A DNA stretch of 32,227 bases from Armatimonadota bacterium (GCA_043754515.1 JAYUUO010000188.1:1-32227); one strand, 5' to 3'; counted from the stretch's first letter, positions 17,787-27,444 are shown. The notes: generated by a model not told the origin, from the letters alone. A program made the numbers and translations.

Positions 17787-18331
17787 GCGGTGACCGGACG
17801 CGATCAGGGCATCCAGCCGCCGAGCGACTTCCGGCTGCCGCAACCGGCTTTCCGTGCTCCATCGGGATTGGGGCAAGAGCTGATAAGTACCCGAGTCCTC
17901 GCCGCGACCCATCCGACCCGCACTACTTCTTAAGAAGCCTTTTGAAACAGCAACGGCAGGTCCGACTCCAGGGTGTCGAACGAAAGATCCTCTAATACCT
18001 GGCCGTGCCCCAGAAGGCGCGCCATAAGTGGTCGCGTAGGAAAGGCAGACGCGGCGGAGTGGGATTTCGTAGCGACCAGATCTGGTGCCTTAATTGATCG
18101 CGCTCTTCAGCGGTCTCTCGGTTATCTCTACCATGGGTTCCCTGGCTTCGATACGGAGCGCGCGGGCGGAACGTTCTTAAGCGGGGGGCTGACGGCGGGC
18201 AGGCGAGCGAGTAGTGCCGCTCGCGGCTCGTGACGTGCGCCGGGAGCGGTTCGCGCTGTTGTGTACATAGGCTAAGCGGGCAAGCAACCGCTTGCCGAAC
18301 TCCTCCGCGCGGCGTATCATAAAACCGCCCC

Positions 18332-20488
18332 ATGTCTGTCCCCACCCCTAAAATCCCGACGCCGATGCCCGACGCAGAAATGCTGTCCGCCGGTCTTAAC
18401 GCCGCCCAGCACGAGGCGTTCGCGCACACCAGCGGCGCGGCTCTCGTGCTCGCGGGCGCGGGATCGGGCAAGACCACCGTTCTCACACGCCGCGTCGCGC
18501 GGCTCCTGTCCGAGGGCGTTCCCTCCGCGCGGATTTTGGTCACGACGTTCACCAAACGAGCCGCGCAAGAAATGGGCGACCGGCTCGCCAAACTCGTCGG
18601 CGAGGAGAACTGCGCGGGCATCTGGATCGGCACTTTTCACGCCCACTGCCTGCGCATCCTGAAGCGCGAATGGGCGGAGCGGTTCGGCAAGGAGGGCAAG
18701 TTCGACCTCGCCGACGAGTACTGGCAGAAGCGCGTTCTGCGGGCGATTATGGGCAAGCCGGAGGACTATTCCCGGTTCCCCCAGCCGCCCTTCGGTCAGA
18801 ACATCCGCTCCGACCCTAAGTCCGCGTTGCTCGCGATCTCGGCGGCCAAAAATAGCGGATACACGTGCGAAAATGGCGAGACGGCCATCGCGCGCCTGTA
18901 CCCGGATTGGGAGCCGCCCGCCGTGCAGACGGTGGCGAAGATATGGCGGTGCTATGAGTCCGCCAAGTCCCTCGAAAACGATGTCACCTCCAAGATCCCG
19001 GCGCGGCGTCTCGACTTCGACGACCTGCTTGTGGAAGCCTTCGTGCTACTACGTGACGATAAGGCGGCGCGCGAGCGGTACCAGAGTCAATGGGATTATC
19101 TGCTGGTGGACGAAACCCAGGACACGTCGCAGATCCAGTGGGACTTCGCGGTGCTACTCGCCAAAGTCCACGGCAACCTGTTCCTGGTCGGCGATGTCGG
19201 GCAATCCGTGTACGGCTTTCGGGGTTGCGACCCGCGCCTGACCGTGATGGGGTTCCAGAAGGCGTTCCCTCAGGGCGATATCATCCGGCTCGCGCTGAAC
19301 TACCGCTCGCAGGGCACCGTGGTCACGGTCGCGAACGAACTGATCGCGCACGCCGACCTCGACGAGCGGTACCGGCTGGCGATGGAACCGACCCGCGCCG
19401 ACAGCGACTTGCCGCCTCTGCTAACCCAGCACGTGGATGGCGAGGCGGAGGCGGCGTGGGTGGTGGAGCGGCTACGCGAGCGGCTGAACGGGGAGTCGCT
19501 CCAATTCAAAGATTTCGCGGTGCTGTACCGCACGAACGCCTATTCGCGCGCCATCGAAGATGCCCTTATCGCGGAAGGGGTGCCCTACCAGATTACGGGG
19601 GGCACCGGCTTCTACAACCGCAAGGAGGTCAAGGACCTACTCGCATATCTGCAACTATCGGTAGACCCGCTTTCGGCGGCGGGCGACGCGGCGGCGAAGC
19701 GGGTGCTCAACATCGCGTCTAAAAAGTTCGGCACCCCGACGCGGTTCCTGGGCGCGGGCTTCGTGCGCGCGGTCGAGGAATCGGCGGAAAAACTCGGCTG
19801 TTCGTTTTACGAGGCGTTGCGGCGCGGCTCGTACAAGACGGCGCAGGATGTCGCGGTGAAAGACTTCCGCGACCAGATCAAGGAGATTCACGCGGCGGGC
19901 GATACGGCGGCGGCGCGGTTGACAGCGGCACGCATGTCGGGCTACGACGATTACGTGGTCGCGGAGGATGGCGAAAAGGAAGACGACGGCGAGGGGTCGT
20001 CGCGCCTCGAGAACCTGGATGAACTGGTCGCATCGTCGGCGCGGTTCCACTCGCCCGACGCCATGCTGACGTTCGTCGCTGGCCAGATCCGCAAGGCGAA
20101 CGAGTCGTCGCGCTCGCTGGACGCGGTGAACATCATGACGATCCACCGCTCGAAGGGACTGGAATGGAACGGCGTTTTCGTGATCGGCTTCGCGATGAAT
20201 CTGTTGCCGCACCACCGCTGTCTGCGCTACGTGGATGGCGAACTGCTCGCGGAGTCGCTGGAGGAGGAACGCCGTCTGGCGTACGTGGCGATCACGCGGG
20301 CGAAGGAGCGGTTCGCGCTGTCCTGGCCCCAATACCACAACGGCAAGGCACTCGGCCCGTCCCCGTTCCTGAACGAGATGCCGACGCTGTCGCCGCAGGT
20401 GATGGCTGCGATCACCACGCCGCCGCCCGAGGACGCGCTCTCCGACGAGGAGTTGTACGGCGACCCGGACGAGTTACCCGACGGGTAA
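18332..20488 (+). CDS. UvrD/PcrA/Rep-family SF1A DNA helicase
   Basis: LNAAQ, AGAGSGKTT, TFT, TFH, VDETQD, GDVGQSVYGFRG, NYRS, LYRTN, TIHRSKGLEW, EERRLAYVAITRA. Confidence 0.96.
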   Translation: MSVPTPKIPTPMPDAEMLSAGLNAAQHEAFAHTSGAALVLAGAGSGKTTVLTRRVARLLSEGVPSARILVTTFTKRAAQEMGDRLAKLVGEENCAGIWIGTFHAHCLRILKREWAERFGKEGKFDLADEYWQKRVLRAIMGKPEDYSRFPQPPFGQNIRSDPKSALLAISAAKNSGYTCENGETAIARLYPDWEPPAVQTVAKIWRCYESAKSLENDVTSKIPARRLDFDDLLVEAFVLLRDDKAARERYQSQWDYLLVDETQDTSQIQWDFAVLLAKVHGNLFLVGDVGQSVYGFRGCDPRLTVMGFQKAFPQGDIIRLALNYRSQGTVVTVANELIAHADLDERYRLAMEPTRADSDLPPLLTQHVDGEAEAAWVVERLRERLNGESLQFKDFAVLYRTNAYSRAIEDALIAEGVPYQITGGTGFYNRKEVKDLLAYLQLSVDPLSAAGDAAAKRVLNIASKKFGTPTRFLGAGFVRAVEESAEKLGCSFYEALRRGSYKTAQDVAVKDFRDQIKEIHAAGDTAAARLTAARMSGYDDYVVAEDGEKEDDGEGSSRLENLDELVASSARFHSPDAMLTFVAGQIRKANESSRSLDAVNIMTIHRSKGLEWNGVFVIGFAMNLLPHHRCLRYVDGELLAESLEEERRLAYVAITRAKERFALSWPQYHNGKALGPSPFLNEMPTLSPQVMAAITTPPPEDALSDEELYGDPDELPDG

Positions 20489-20524
20489 TAGCGACGGGTA
20501 CTGACTCTTCTATACTCGTCGCTA
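20489..20524 (+). terminator. Hairpin directly after the helicase stop
   Basis: tagcgacgggta / tactcgtcgcta, 12-bp stem with one G-U pair; no clear U-tract. Confidence 0.45.
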
Positions 20525-20686
20525 ACATTCTGATCGAGTGCCGCCCGCGCCCCCACAAGCCGCGCGATCTAGAGCATAGTACACCGTTTCGCGGCGGGGC
20601 ATGATTATGCACTGCCGACAGGATTGATATTGAGACGCCGCCTTCGCCTCCATCACCCCAATCCGTTGGTGGGCGCGGGCAACACA

Positions 20687-21016
20687 CGCGACGGCGGATA
20701 CCGATTCGTCACGCGAGTTCGGCGCGTCCATTGCGAGTACGATGCGCTCTTTTGGGACGCCCGCGTCGAGCAGTCGGTTGGCGATGCCTTCCTCGGTCCC
20801 GTCTTCGTGGACGTAAAACTTGCCGTCCGTGGTCGCGAGGTGCGCCCAGACATGGTGCAACCGCTTGTAGCCCCGCCACCCTTCGTCCATGAGCAGGTAG
20901 TTGCCCATGTCGTCATCGAACACGCTCAGGGTGCGCTATTTAGGAACGTGGTACCGCTCGGCGACTCCAGTCAGGACTTTGCCCGCCAACGCTTTATCGT
21001 CGTCTAGGGCAACCAT
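20687..21016 (-). pseudogene. xisI: XisI-family protein with a nonsense codon
   Basis: ATG at 21016 overlaps the xisH end. Reads MVALDDDKALAGKVL...YHVPK*RTLSVFDDDMGNYLLMDEGW...DGKFYVHEDGTEEGIANRLLDAGVPKERIVLA...SAVA, with TAG at 20936-20938. The expected stop after AVA is missing and the frame runs on to 20522. Confidence 0.88.
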
Positions 21017-21416
21017 TGCTGAATCGTCTCCTCGTCCGGGTCGTAGCCGATCAGTCTGCCGCCCTCGTCGGTTAGGAACGCTTTCCAGAGTTCGCGGGCT
21101 TCAAACCAGCTCGTCACCACGGCCTGCGGCGCGGCGATATACAGTTCACGTTCTGGTTCCAGGCGGCGTAGTGCCATACGGTAGAGCACGTACTGTCCGA
21201 TGGCTTGCTCCAGCGCGGCGGTCTTGGACGCCCCCGCGAACGTTTTTATCTCCACGGCGATTTTGCGCGTCCCTTTCTCGGCGGCGAGAACGCGCCCAGG
21301 TCAATTAGCACGCGGTCTTCCGCGACCTGTAGAGTCAGCGGGTCGGCGGTGATCGTCCAGCCGTCCTTGGTAAGCGCGTTGCGTACGGCTTCGTGGTGGC
21401 GGTCTAAAGCGGGCAT
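21004..21416 (-). pseudogene. xisH: XisH-family (PD-(D/E)xK-like) protein, frameshifted
   Basis: MPALDRHHEAVRNALTKDGWTITADPLTL...LIDLGA, then a frame change near 21290 to VLAAEKGTRKIAVEIKTF...AIGQYVLYR...PERELYIA...EETIQQWLP. Confidence 0.9.
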
Positions 21417-21472
21417 AGCGTATTATGCAACAATGCGCAGATCAATTGCTTCCTCCGCGTGCCAAGCATGCG

Positions 21473-22273
21473 TCACATCGCGTACGCGGAGCGCGGCGAG
21501 GAGGGTGCTGTTCTGACCGTGTCGCGGCGGGTCTCGACCGACATTACGGGCGCGGGCAGTACCACGCCCCGGCACTCCAGCGCGGCATTGGCGACCGTCT
21601 CGACGGCTATTTCCATCGCCCAGATCGCCGTCCGCGCCATCCGCTCGGCGGCGGGCGACAGCAGGGCGGGGCGGTTGGACAGCATGGTGAGCGCCTTATA
21701 CACCACCGTCTGTACCTCGTTTCGCCCCGTGACCACCGAGTTACTCCAGGTGAAGACGTCGGGGGACGGTGCTTCTAGCACCTTCGCGCTGTGGCGGATC
21801 ACGCGCTCGCAGGCGTCGGCGACGCGGCGCAGGAGCGGCGACGCGGCGGAGTTCGCGCTGTCCGCGCAGAGTAGTCGAATTAGACATGCGGACCGTTCGG
21901 CGGTACGCAGACCGGCGACCATACCGGCGGCATGCGCGACATAACGTTCGCCGTGCTTGATGTCCGCGCGGGAGAGCATCGCATGTGCTTTGCCTTCCAC
22001 TGCCGCGCAAAGGATGAGGCTGCCGTCTGGTACACCCAGCACCCGGAGGTCGGACGCGGGGAAGTACAATTCGGTTTTCGCTAGCGTTTCGATGACGCGA
22101 TAGACGAGCGCGGCGAGCGTGATTTCCATGTCACGCGCCAGAGGATTGACAGGTATCGGCACGGGCGGCGGCACCGGGCGGCGGGCGGGCGGCGGCGGTA
22201 GGGGCGGCACGGCGGTGGCACGGTGCTCCCTTTGTTTAAGTTTCTGACCCCACGTAGCGAGCGAAAAATTCAT
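21473..22273 (-). CDS. Hypothetical protein (Pro-rich N-terminus, helical Ala-rich body)
   Basis: 266-aa ORF with AAGGA SD; no family recognised. Confidence 0.65.
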   Translation of the reverse strand: MNFSLATWGQKLKQREHRATAVPPLPPPPARRPVPPPVPIPVNPLARDMEITLAALVYRVIETLAKTELYFPASDLRVLGVPDGSLILCAAVEGKAHAMLSRADIKHGERYVAHAAGMVAGLRTAERSACLIRLLCADSANSAASPLLRRVADACERVIRHSAKVLEAPSPDVFTWSNSVVTGRNEVQTVVYKALTMLSNRPALLSPAAERMARTAIWAMEIAVETVANAALECRGVVLPAPVMSVETRRDTVRTAPSSPRSAYAM

Positions 22274-22401
22274 GCGTTACTATCCTTGACCTTCCAATGT
22301 AAGGTCGGAAAGCAATTAGCGTGCCGGAGCGGTGATAGGGCACCCCGCAATTACACTGGTTTTTTACAACGACAGGGATAGATAAGACGGCTTTCGACGT
22401 G

Positions 22402-22668
22402 TCACTCGTTTTTCGGGGGGGTACCGGGGGCGGGGTTCGTCTCGAACCTTCCTAATACATGGTCCGCGATGTCGAAGAGCGGACCGGCGACGACGCCATA
22501 TCGCAGACGGGCGAGGCGCAAACCGTCTTTCGTAAGCCGCGCCAGAGTCTCCGCCCAGCGGTCGCGAGGCGTGCGTTTGGCGAGTACCAGCAGACCGACG
22601 GTGACCGCGCCGATGATTACGCCGGTCGTGAACTGGCGTTTACGTCTCTCGTGGACAGAATGAGGCAT
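22402..22668 (-). CDS. Hypothetical single-TM membrane protein
   Basis: 88 aa with TM FTTGVIIGAVTVGLLVLA; TATAAT 5 nt upstream of the ATG. Confidence 0.75.
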   Translation of the reverse strand: MPHSVHERRKRQFTTGVIIGAVTVGLLVLAKRTPRDRWAETLARLTKDGLRLARLRYGVVAGPLFDIADHVLGRFETNPAPGTPPKNE

Positions 22669-22692
22669 GGCGGATTATAACGCACGCCGAAG

Positions 22693-22728
22693 AAAAACGG
22701 TCGGGGAGTTTTCTCCCCGACCGTTTTT
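22693..22728. terminator. Bidirectional intrinsic terminator
   Basis: aaaaacggtcggggag, loop tttt, ctccccgaccgttttt: perfect arms with A/T tails, immediately after the stop at 22732. Confidence 0.88.
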
Positions 22729-22731
22729 TCT

Positions 22732-22977
22732 TTACCGCCGACCTTTACGCGCCGACTTGTAACGCGAATCACTGCGGTCACGCTGTGGAGCAGGGCCGCC
22801 CTCGCCGTTCGACAGCTGGCGGAACACCTGCGACAAGTCGAGACTTTTCCCGCAACCGGCGCAGAAGAAGTTGTTCCGGGCAATGGCCGAGGGCGGCACC
22901 TGCGAGTTGTGACCGCACCCCGGACAAACAAGGTTGATTTCGCGGCGTCCGCCGCCGCCAATGATTGTGGCTTGCAT
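22732..22977 (-). CDS. Small zinc-ribbon protein with basic tail (81 aa)
   Basis: GGAGG SD and ATG at 22977; CPGC-x17-CAGC; C-terminal RYKSARKGRR. Confidence 0.8.
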   Translation of the reverse strand: MQATIIGGGGRREINLVCPGCGHNSQVPPSAIARNNFFCAGCGKSLDLSQVFRQLSNGEGGPAPQRDRSDSRYKSARKGRR

Positions 22978-23322
22978 AATAGTTAAACTCCCTCCGAAAA
23001 AATAGCAAATAAGAAGCGACCACGGTTCTTGCGTCCCCGTCGTCGCCCGAATAACGCGCTTCACGTGATGTACGGGAGCAGATCCGTTTTTGTAGCCGGC
23101 CTTAACGCGCGAAAAGATCAAGGAACGTTACGCGTTCCCTAAATATGACAACCCGAACGCGACAAAGATTCCATTTATCGCTCGGGATGCGGCCCATTAT
23201 ATCGCGTACGCGTTCCCGATGCTAACCGTCGCATTGGTCAGGAGTGGCAATACTTCTACGAAACGGCTCGCGCGAAAGGCAAAAAGATTTCTTGCTATTT
23301 TCGGGAAAGATTAACGGCGGTC

Positions 23323-25596
23323 CTAAAATACACGCCCCAGGGTGAAGTAGGGAAGAATCCGGACGCCCCCCCTGCCGTTGTCCCCCACCCCCACGCCGAG
23401 CAACACCGGCCCGAGGAAGGTTTCCGTGATCACGCCCCCAGACAGGGAGAGCCTACTCCCTTTATCCCCCGTCGCGGCCGCCCCGCCCGACACGCCACCG
23501 TATTCGAGCCATGTCCCTACCACGGTGCGCCCGCCGAAAGGGGGCGGCGCGGGGAATCGGCGCAGTATACCCGCCGTAAGCAGGTAGTACTGGTCGCCGC
23601 GCAATGCCTCCACCGCGACGCTACCGAGCCGGAGCGGGCCACCGAGCGTGAACTGCAACTGCGGCGGGGCGTCCCTGCCGAACGACGTCCCGCCCGACGC
23701 CCGGGTGAACAGGGTCAGGTTCGCGCCGCTGGGGAAGAAGCGGGAAACGCTCAGTTCGCCCGTGGTCAGCGCGGTGCTCCCGGCGAGCGTCCGCAGATAC
23801 CGCGTCACGGTCGCCGTCGAGCGCGAGCCGGAGGACGGAATGATGCCCTCGTCGAAGCGGTCCCATGTCCCCGTCAGGTGGAACGACCGGACCTCGCCCG
23901 CTATGGCGGGGAGGTCCGTCCCCGTCCGTAAGCCGCTCCCGAACCGACTTTCCCCGAAGCCGGCCCGCACCTGCGTGAAGCGATCCGGGATCCAGCCCGC
24001 GTCGAGCACCGCGCCGAACTCCTCGGTGCCGAACACGGCGACCCGGCTACCGTTCTGGGATACGTTGCGGTTGATCCGGTCGTAAAAGAGGCGCGACGCG
24101 ACGAAGAACGGCGACGTGCCGCCTCCGACCGGCACGTAATACTCGCCGGACACCCCCACGTTCGAGCCGAGGCGCAGGTCTAGCCGCGTCTCCGCGCCGG
24201 GTAGTCCCGCGTCGAGCGAGATCAGGCGCGTCACCGCGTTGACCAGGACGCTACCGGTATCAGAGCCATCTATCTCCAGACCGGCTTTCAGAAAGGGCGG
24301 ACCGTACGGCTTCTTCTGCGCCAGAATACGTACCCCGCTCCTCCCCCGCTCGTCTTTCACAGCCTCGTAGAGGACGGAGTCATACCGCCCGTCGCCGGTG
24401 AGCAGTGTCAGACGTTCGTCCGCCGCCGCGCTCGGGAAGGGGGCTGCGATCAGGGGTTGTAGCTCGCCCGCGATGCGCCGCGCTTCGCTCCCATTGGGTC
24501 CTGAGACGGTCAGAAAGGCGGGCCGGGCGGGCGGGGTGCCGCGCCGCGCCGCGCGGGCGGCGATATAAACGTTCCACGTTGCGTCGTCAACCGCGAGTGG
24601 CAAAAGGGCGGCTTTGCGCGCTTCCGCGGCAGCATACCCGCGCTTGAAATACTCGTCAATCAACGCGAAATCGTTCCCCGTGAAGCCCTGAAGGTCGGGC
24701 GCGAGGACAATGTCGGCTATCTTAATGCTTTGCCGTTCGTTGCCACGGATCGCGAGCGTCACCGACCGACCCGCCACATCGAGCAGAGACTGCAGGGTGG
24801 CATCCTTGGCCGCCAGCCCCGACGCGTTCAGGTCCACCGCGATGATCTTTTCGGCACCCATATCGCGAACCGCGCCCGTCGGCAGGTTGTCCACGATCCC
24901 GCCGTCGGCGAGGAGCCGCCCGCCGCGCATGACGGGGGTGAACAGGGCCGGGAGCGACATGGTGGCGCGCAAAGCGGTGGCGAGGGAGCCGTCCTTTAGT
25001 AGCACCGCCTCGCCGGAACGCAGGTCGGTCGCGACGCACCGGAACGGGATCGGCAGGTCATCGAACGATCCCGTGCTCGGGTTGGAGTAGGCGACCTCCG
25101 ACAGCAACAGCCCGATCTTCTGCGCCGGGTTAAAACCGACGGGTAGCGTGATCCCGCGCCGGACGCCGAACTCGAACGCGTTCGGTACCGCGCGGAGGTC
25201 TTCCTTGCGCCGGAACGCCAGCGCGGCGTAGGGGACGTCGCCGCGCAACGCCGACTGCCAATCTACGGAGCGCAGGAGTGACTTGAGCGCGTCGGGCGAG
25301 TAGCCGCACGAGTAGGCACCCGCGACAAGCCCGCCCATGCTCGTGCCCGCGATGTAGTCTACCGGGACGTGGTGCTCTTCGAGCCACGCGAGGACCCCGA
25401 TATGCGCCTCGCCGAGCGCGGAGCCGCCCGCGAGGGCGAGGCCGATCCTCGCCCGCCCGGCGACGGGTGCCGGGGGCGGAACCGGAGCAGTGTTCTGCTG
25501 GGCGAACACCGGACAATTGACGGCGACGAACGACAGAAGAAAAAGCAACAAAGGGGAAGGAGTACTACGATGGCGAGACAATATATTTTTCAGCAA
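23323..25596 (-). CDS. Patatin-like phospholipase with probable POTRA/beta-barrel C-terminus (PlpD / type Vd-like)
   Basis: Signal peptide; LAGGSALGEAHIG, GTSMG nucleophile and ADGG; amphipathic beta-strand C-terminal half ending YFTLGRVF. Confidence 0.9.
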   Translation of the reverse strand: MLKNILSRHRSTPSPLLLFLLSFVAVNCPVFAQQNTAPVPPPAPVAGRARIGLALAGGSALGEAHIGVLAWLEEHHVPVDYIAGTSMGGLVAGAYSCGYSPDALKSLLRSVDWQSALRGDVPYAALAFRRKEDLRAVPNAFEFGVRRGITLPVGFNPAQKIGLLLSEVAYSNPSTGSFDDLPIPFRCVATDLRSGEAVLLKDGSLATALRATMSLPALFTPVMRGGRLLADGGIVDNLPTGAVRDMGAEKIIAVDLNASGLAAKDATLQSLLDVAGRSVTLAIRGNERQSIKIADIVLAPDLQGFTGNDFALIDEYFKRGYAAAEARKAALLPLAVDDATWNVYIAARAARRGTPPARPAFLTVSGPNGSEARRIAGELQPLIAAPFPSAAADERLTLLTGDGRYDSVLYEAVKDERGRSGVRILAQKKPYGPPFLKAGLEIDGSDTGSVLVNAVTRLISLDAGLPGAETRLDLRLGSNVGVSGEYYVPVGGGTSPFFVASRLFYDRINRNVSQNGSRVAVFGTEEFGAVLDAGWIPDRFTQVRAGFGESRFGSGLRTGTDLPAIAGEVRSFHLTGTWDRFDEGIIPSSGSRSTATVTRYLRTLAGSTALTTGELSVSRFFPSGANLTLFTRASGGTSFGRDAPPQLQFTLGGPLRLGSVAVEALRGDQYYLLTAGILRRFPAPPPFGGRTVVGTWLEYGGVSGGAAATGDKGSRLSLSGGVITETFLGPVLLGVGVGDNGRGGVRILPYFTLGRVF

Positions 25597-25782
25597 GGGG
25601 TTTCCTGGAGTAGCGGGTGTGAGGTTGGCATAGTTCGCTATGGTACACTAATATATAGGCTGTGAAAATAACGTCCCCATAATAACCACTCGATCTTTTT
25701 GCGCGACGAAGAGGTGCCATAGTGGAGGTTTTCGGAATGGGTTATCTTGTGACATCGCTCTCCCGAGGAAGGGACGTATAGA

Positions 25783-26391
25783 ATGCAGATCGGTAATAAC
25801 AGGGTGGTCGTTCGACCGGCCATGTTTGTTCTAGTCGGGTCAATCATAGCCGGAATGGTAGGTGTGGTCGCCGCCAGACAATATGCGCGAGGCCCCCAAC
25901 AGACACACGGCTTATTGAACCCGGCCCGCTGGCAGTTCGCCACGAAGGGAGTGGCGGAAGCGAGCTTGGAGATGGAGTCGCCGGTCGCCCGGAAGTCACT
26001 CATCACTCTGAAGCGTGGCTACTCGAACATGAACATGACCGACGGGTTTAAGCTTGTCATCTCCCACAAGAGTGGTACCGCCGACGGCGTGGCGATTCGT
26101 AACGTCCTCGACTTTGAGAAAGACAAAACCACGCGCGACCTCCAGTTCAGTTTCGCCGGGGCCGCGCCGCAACCGTTCCCGATCACGTTCGTGATCCGCG
26201 ACAGCATGGTGAAAAAAGGCGGCGGCGTGATATGGAGCCAGGCGTTCACGGTGAGCGGCGACTGGAAGGAATACTCGGCGATTGTCCCCGCCAGCAAACT
26301 CGCGGGCGGACAGTTACAGTACCTGGTCGTCGCGGGACATTTAGGCGGACAGGAAGGCACGGTGTCGCTGAGGCAGATCTACCTGAAGTGA
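25783..26391 (+). CDS. Hypothetical membrane-anchored beta-sandwich (carbohydrate-binding-like) protein
   Basis: N-terminal TM; FTVSGDWKEYS and GTVSLRQIYLK resemble a galactose-binding-like fold (inference). Confidence 0.65.
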   Translation: MQIGNNRVVVRPAMFVLVGSIIAGMVGVVAARQYARGPQQTHGLLNPARWQFATKGVAEASLEMESPVARKSLITLKRGYSNMNMTDGFKLVISHKSGTADGVAIRNVLDFEKDKTTRDLQFSFAGAAPQPFPITFVIRDSMVKKGGGVIWSQAFTVSGDWKEYSAIVPASKLAGGQLQYLVVAGHLGGQEGTVSLRQIYLK

Positions 26392-26541
26392 TGTCACGCT
26401 CGGGATCCGCGCCATCCCCACCCAAAACGCGAATCAGTGTTCCCGCTCTGAAGATTCCCGCCGCTCCGTCCAATAAGTAACAGGTCTCCGGACGATATAT
26501 TTCATGCGTGCCGCCTCCGTCGCGGCAAGAGGACGTTGCTT

Positions 26542-27444
26542 ATGGGTGCTATCCCGACTATCCGTGTATCCCCCGTCGCGCTCGCGCTGGGGGTGTTCGT
26601 CGCCTTCCTGGCGGTCACGCCCGCGCGGGCGGTGCCGCTTCTCTCCACCAGCGGGGGTACGAGTCTGACCGCCTTTGCCGATCCGGACGACGGCTCTTTG
26701 AACCGCGCCGTGTCGGGCGGTGTCACCCTGTACGGGGTGGCCCGCGCCTCTCTGTTCGTCCAGGTGAACGGCTTCCTGTCCGTGACAGATGGTAGCACTT
26801 TCGCGAACGACCGGTCCGTCGCAAGTCTCGCGGCCGGGGTCAAATCCCCGGTGGTCGCCCCGCTTTACGACGACCTGATCTTGACCACGGGCGGCTCTGT
26901 TTTAGAGAACGACACCGCGAATTACTACGCCATTACGTACGACCTCAACGGCGTTGACAACACGAGCAACAGTGCCGGTAACCGCTCCGTGGCGCAGGTC
27001 GCCCTTTTCAAGAACGCGACCACGGTGAACGGCACGAACTTCAACGCGGGCGACATCGTGTTCTCCTACGGCGCGCTAAACCACACCATCAACGGGAGCG
27101 GCTTTTCCGTCGGCATCGCGCGGGACGGCGCGAACGCGACCGGCGCGTTCACGTCCTCCGGCCAGTTCACGTCAGCCGCCAGTTTCTTCGCCAACTTCGA
27201 CCCGAACACCCAGGCGGTCCGGTTCCGCCCGGCCGGGGCGACCTACACGCAAAGCACTATCCCGCTCGCCGCGAGCGTAGTGCCGGAAGCACCGAGCGCA
27301 TGGTGCTTCGTTCTAGGAGCACTCGCCGCCGTAGCCGCGTTCTTCCGCCCGCTCCGGGGCGGTCTAAACCGGCGACGGGTTGCGGTCGAAGCCGTCCTGG
27401 TGCCAGTACGGGTACGCCTTCGTGGTCGCGCTCGCCGCGTCTAG
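26542..27444 (+). CDS. PEP-CTERM-like surface protein with a NIDO/nidogen-like domain
   Basis: Signal peptide; DDGS, QVNGFLS, VAPLYDDL and QVALF resemble NIDO; VPEAPS followed by a TM and basic residues; GAGGA SD before the ATG at 26542. Confidence 0.75.
   Translation: MGAIPTIRVSPVALALGVFVAFLAVTPARAVPLLSTSGGTSLTAFADPDDGSLNRAVSGGVTLYGVARASLFVQVNGFLSVTDGSTFANDRSVASLAAGVKSPVVAPLYDDLILTTGGSVLENDTANYYAITYDLNGVDNTSNSAGNRSVAQVALFKNATTVNGTNFNAGDIVFSYGALNHTINGSGFSVGIARDGANATGAFTSSGQFTSAASFFANFDPNTQAVRFRPAGATYTQSTIPLAASVVPEAPSAWCFVLGALAAVAAFFRPLRGGLNRRRVAVEAVLVPVRVRLRGRARRV

Noticed and set aside
17783..18331. Short ORFs or an RNA gene upstream of the helicase
   Set aside because: No frame gave a recognisable protein and no tRNA or riboswitch consensus was found; probably degraded sequence
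15429..20938. In-frame TAG codons in DUF4142 and xisI as amber recoding or pyrrolysine
   Set aside because: Both loci also carry frameshifts, and many intact genes here end in TAG (LacI, recN, AKR, DUF1559), so the standard code applies
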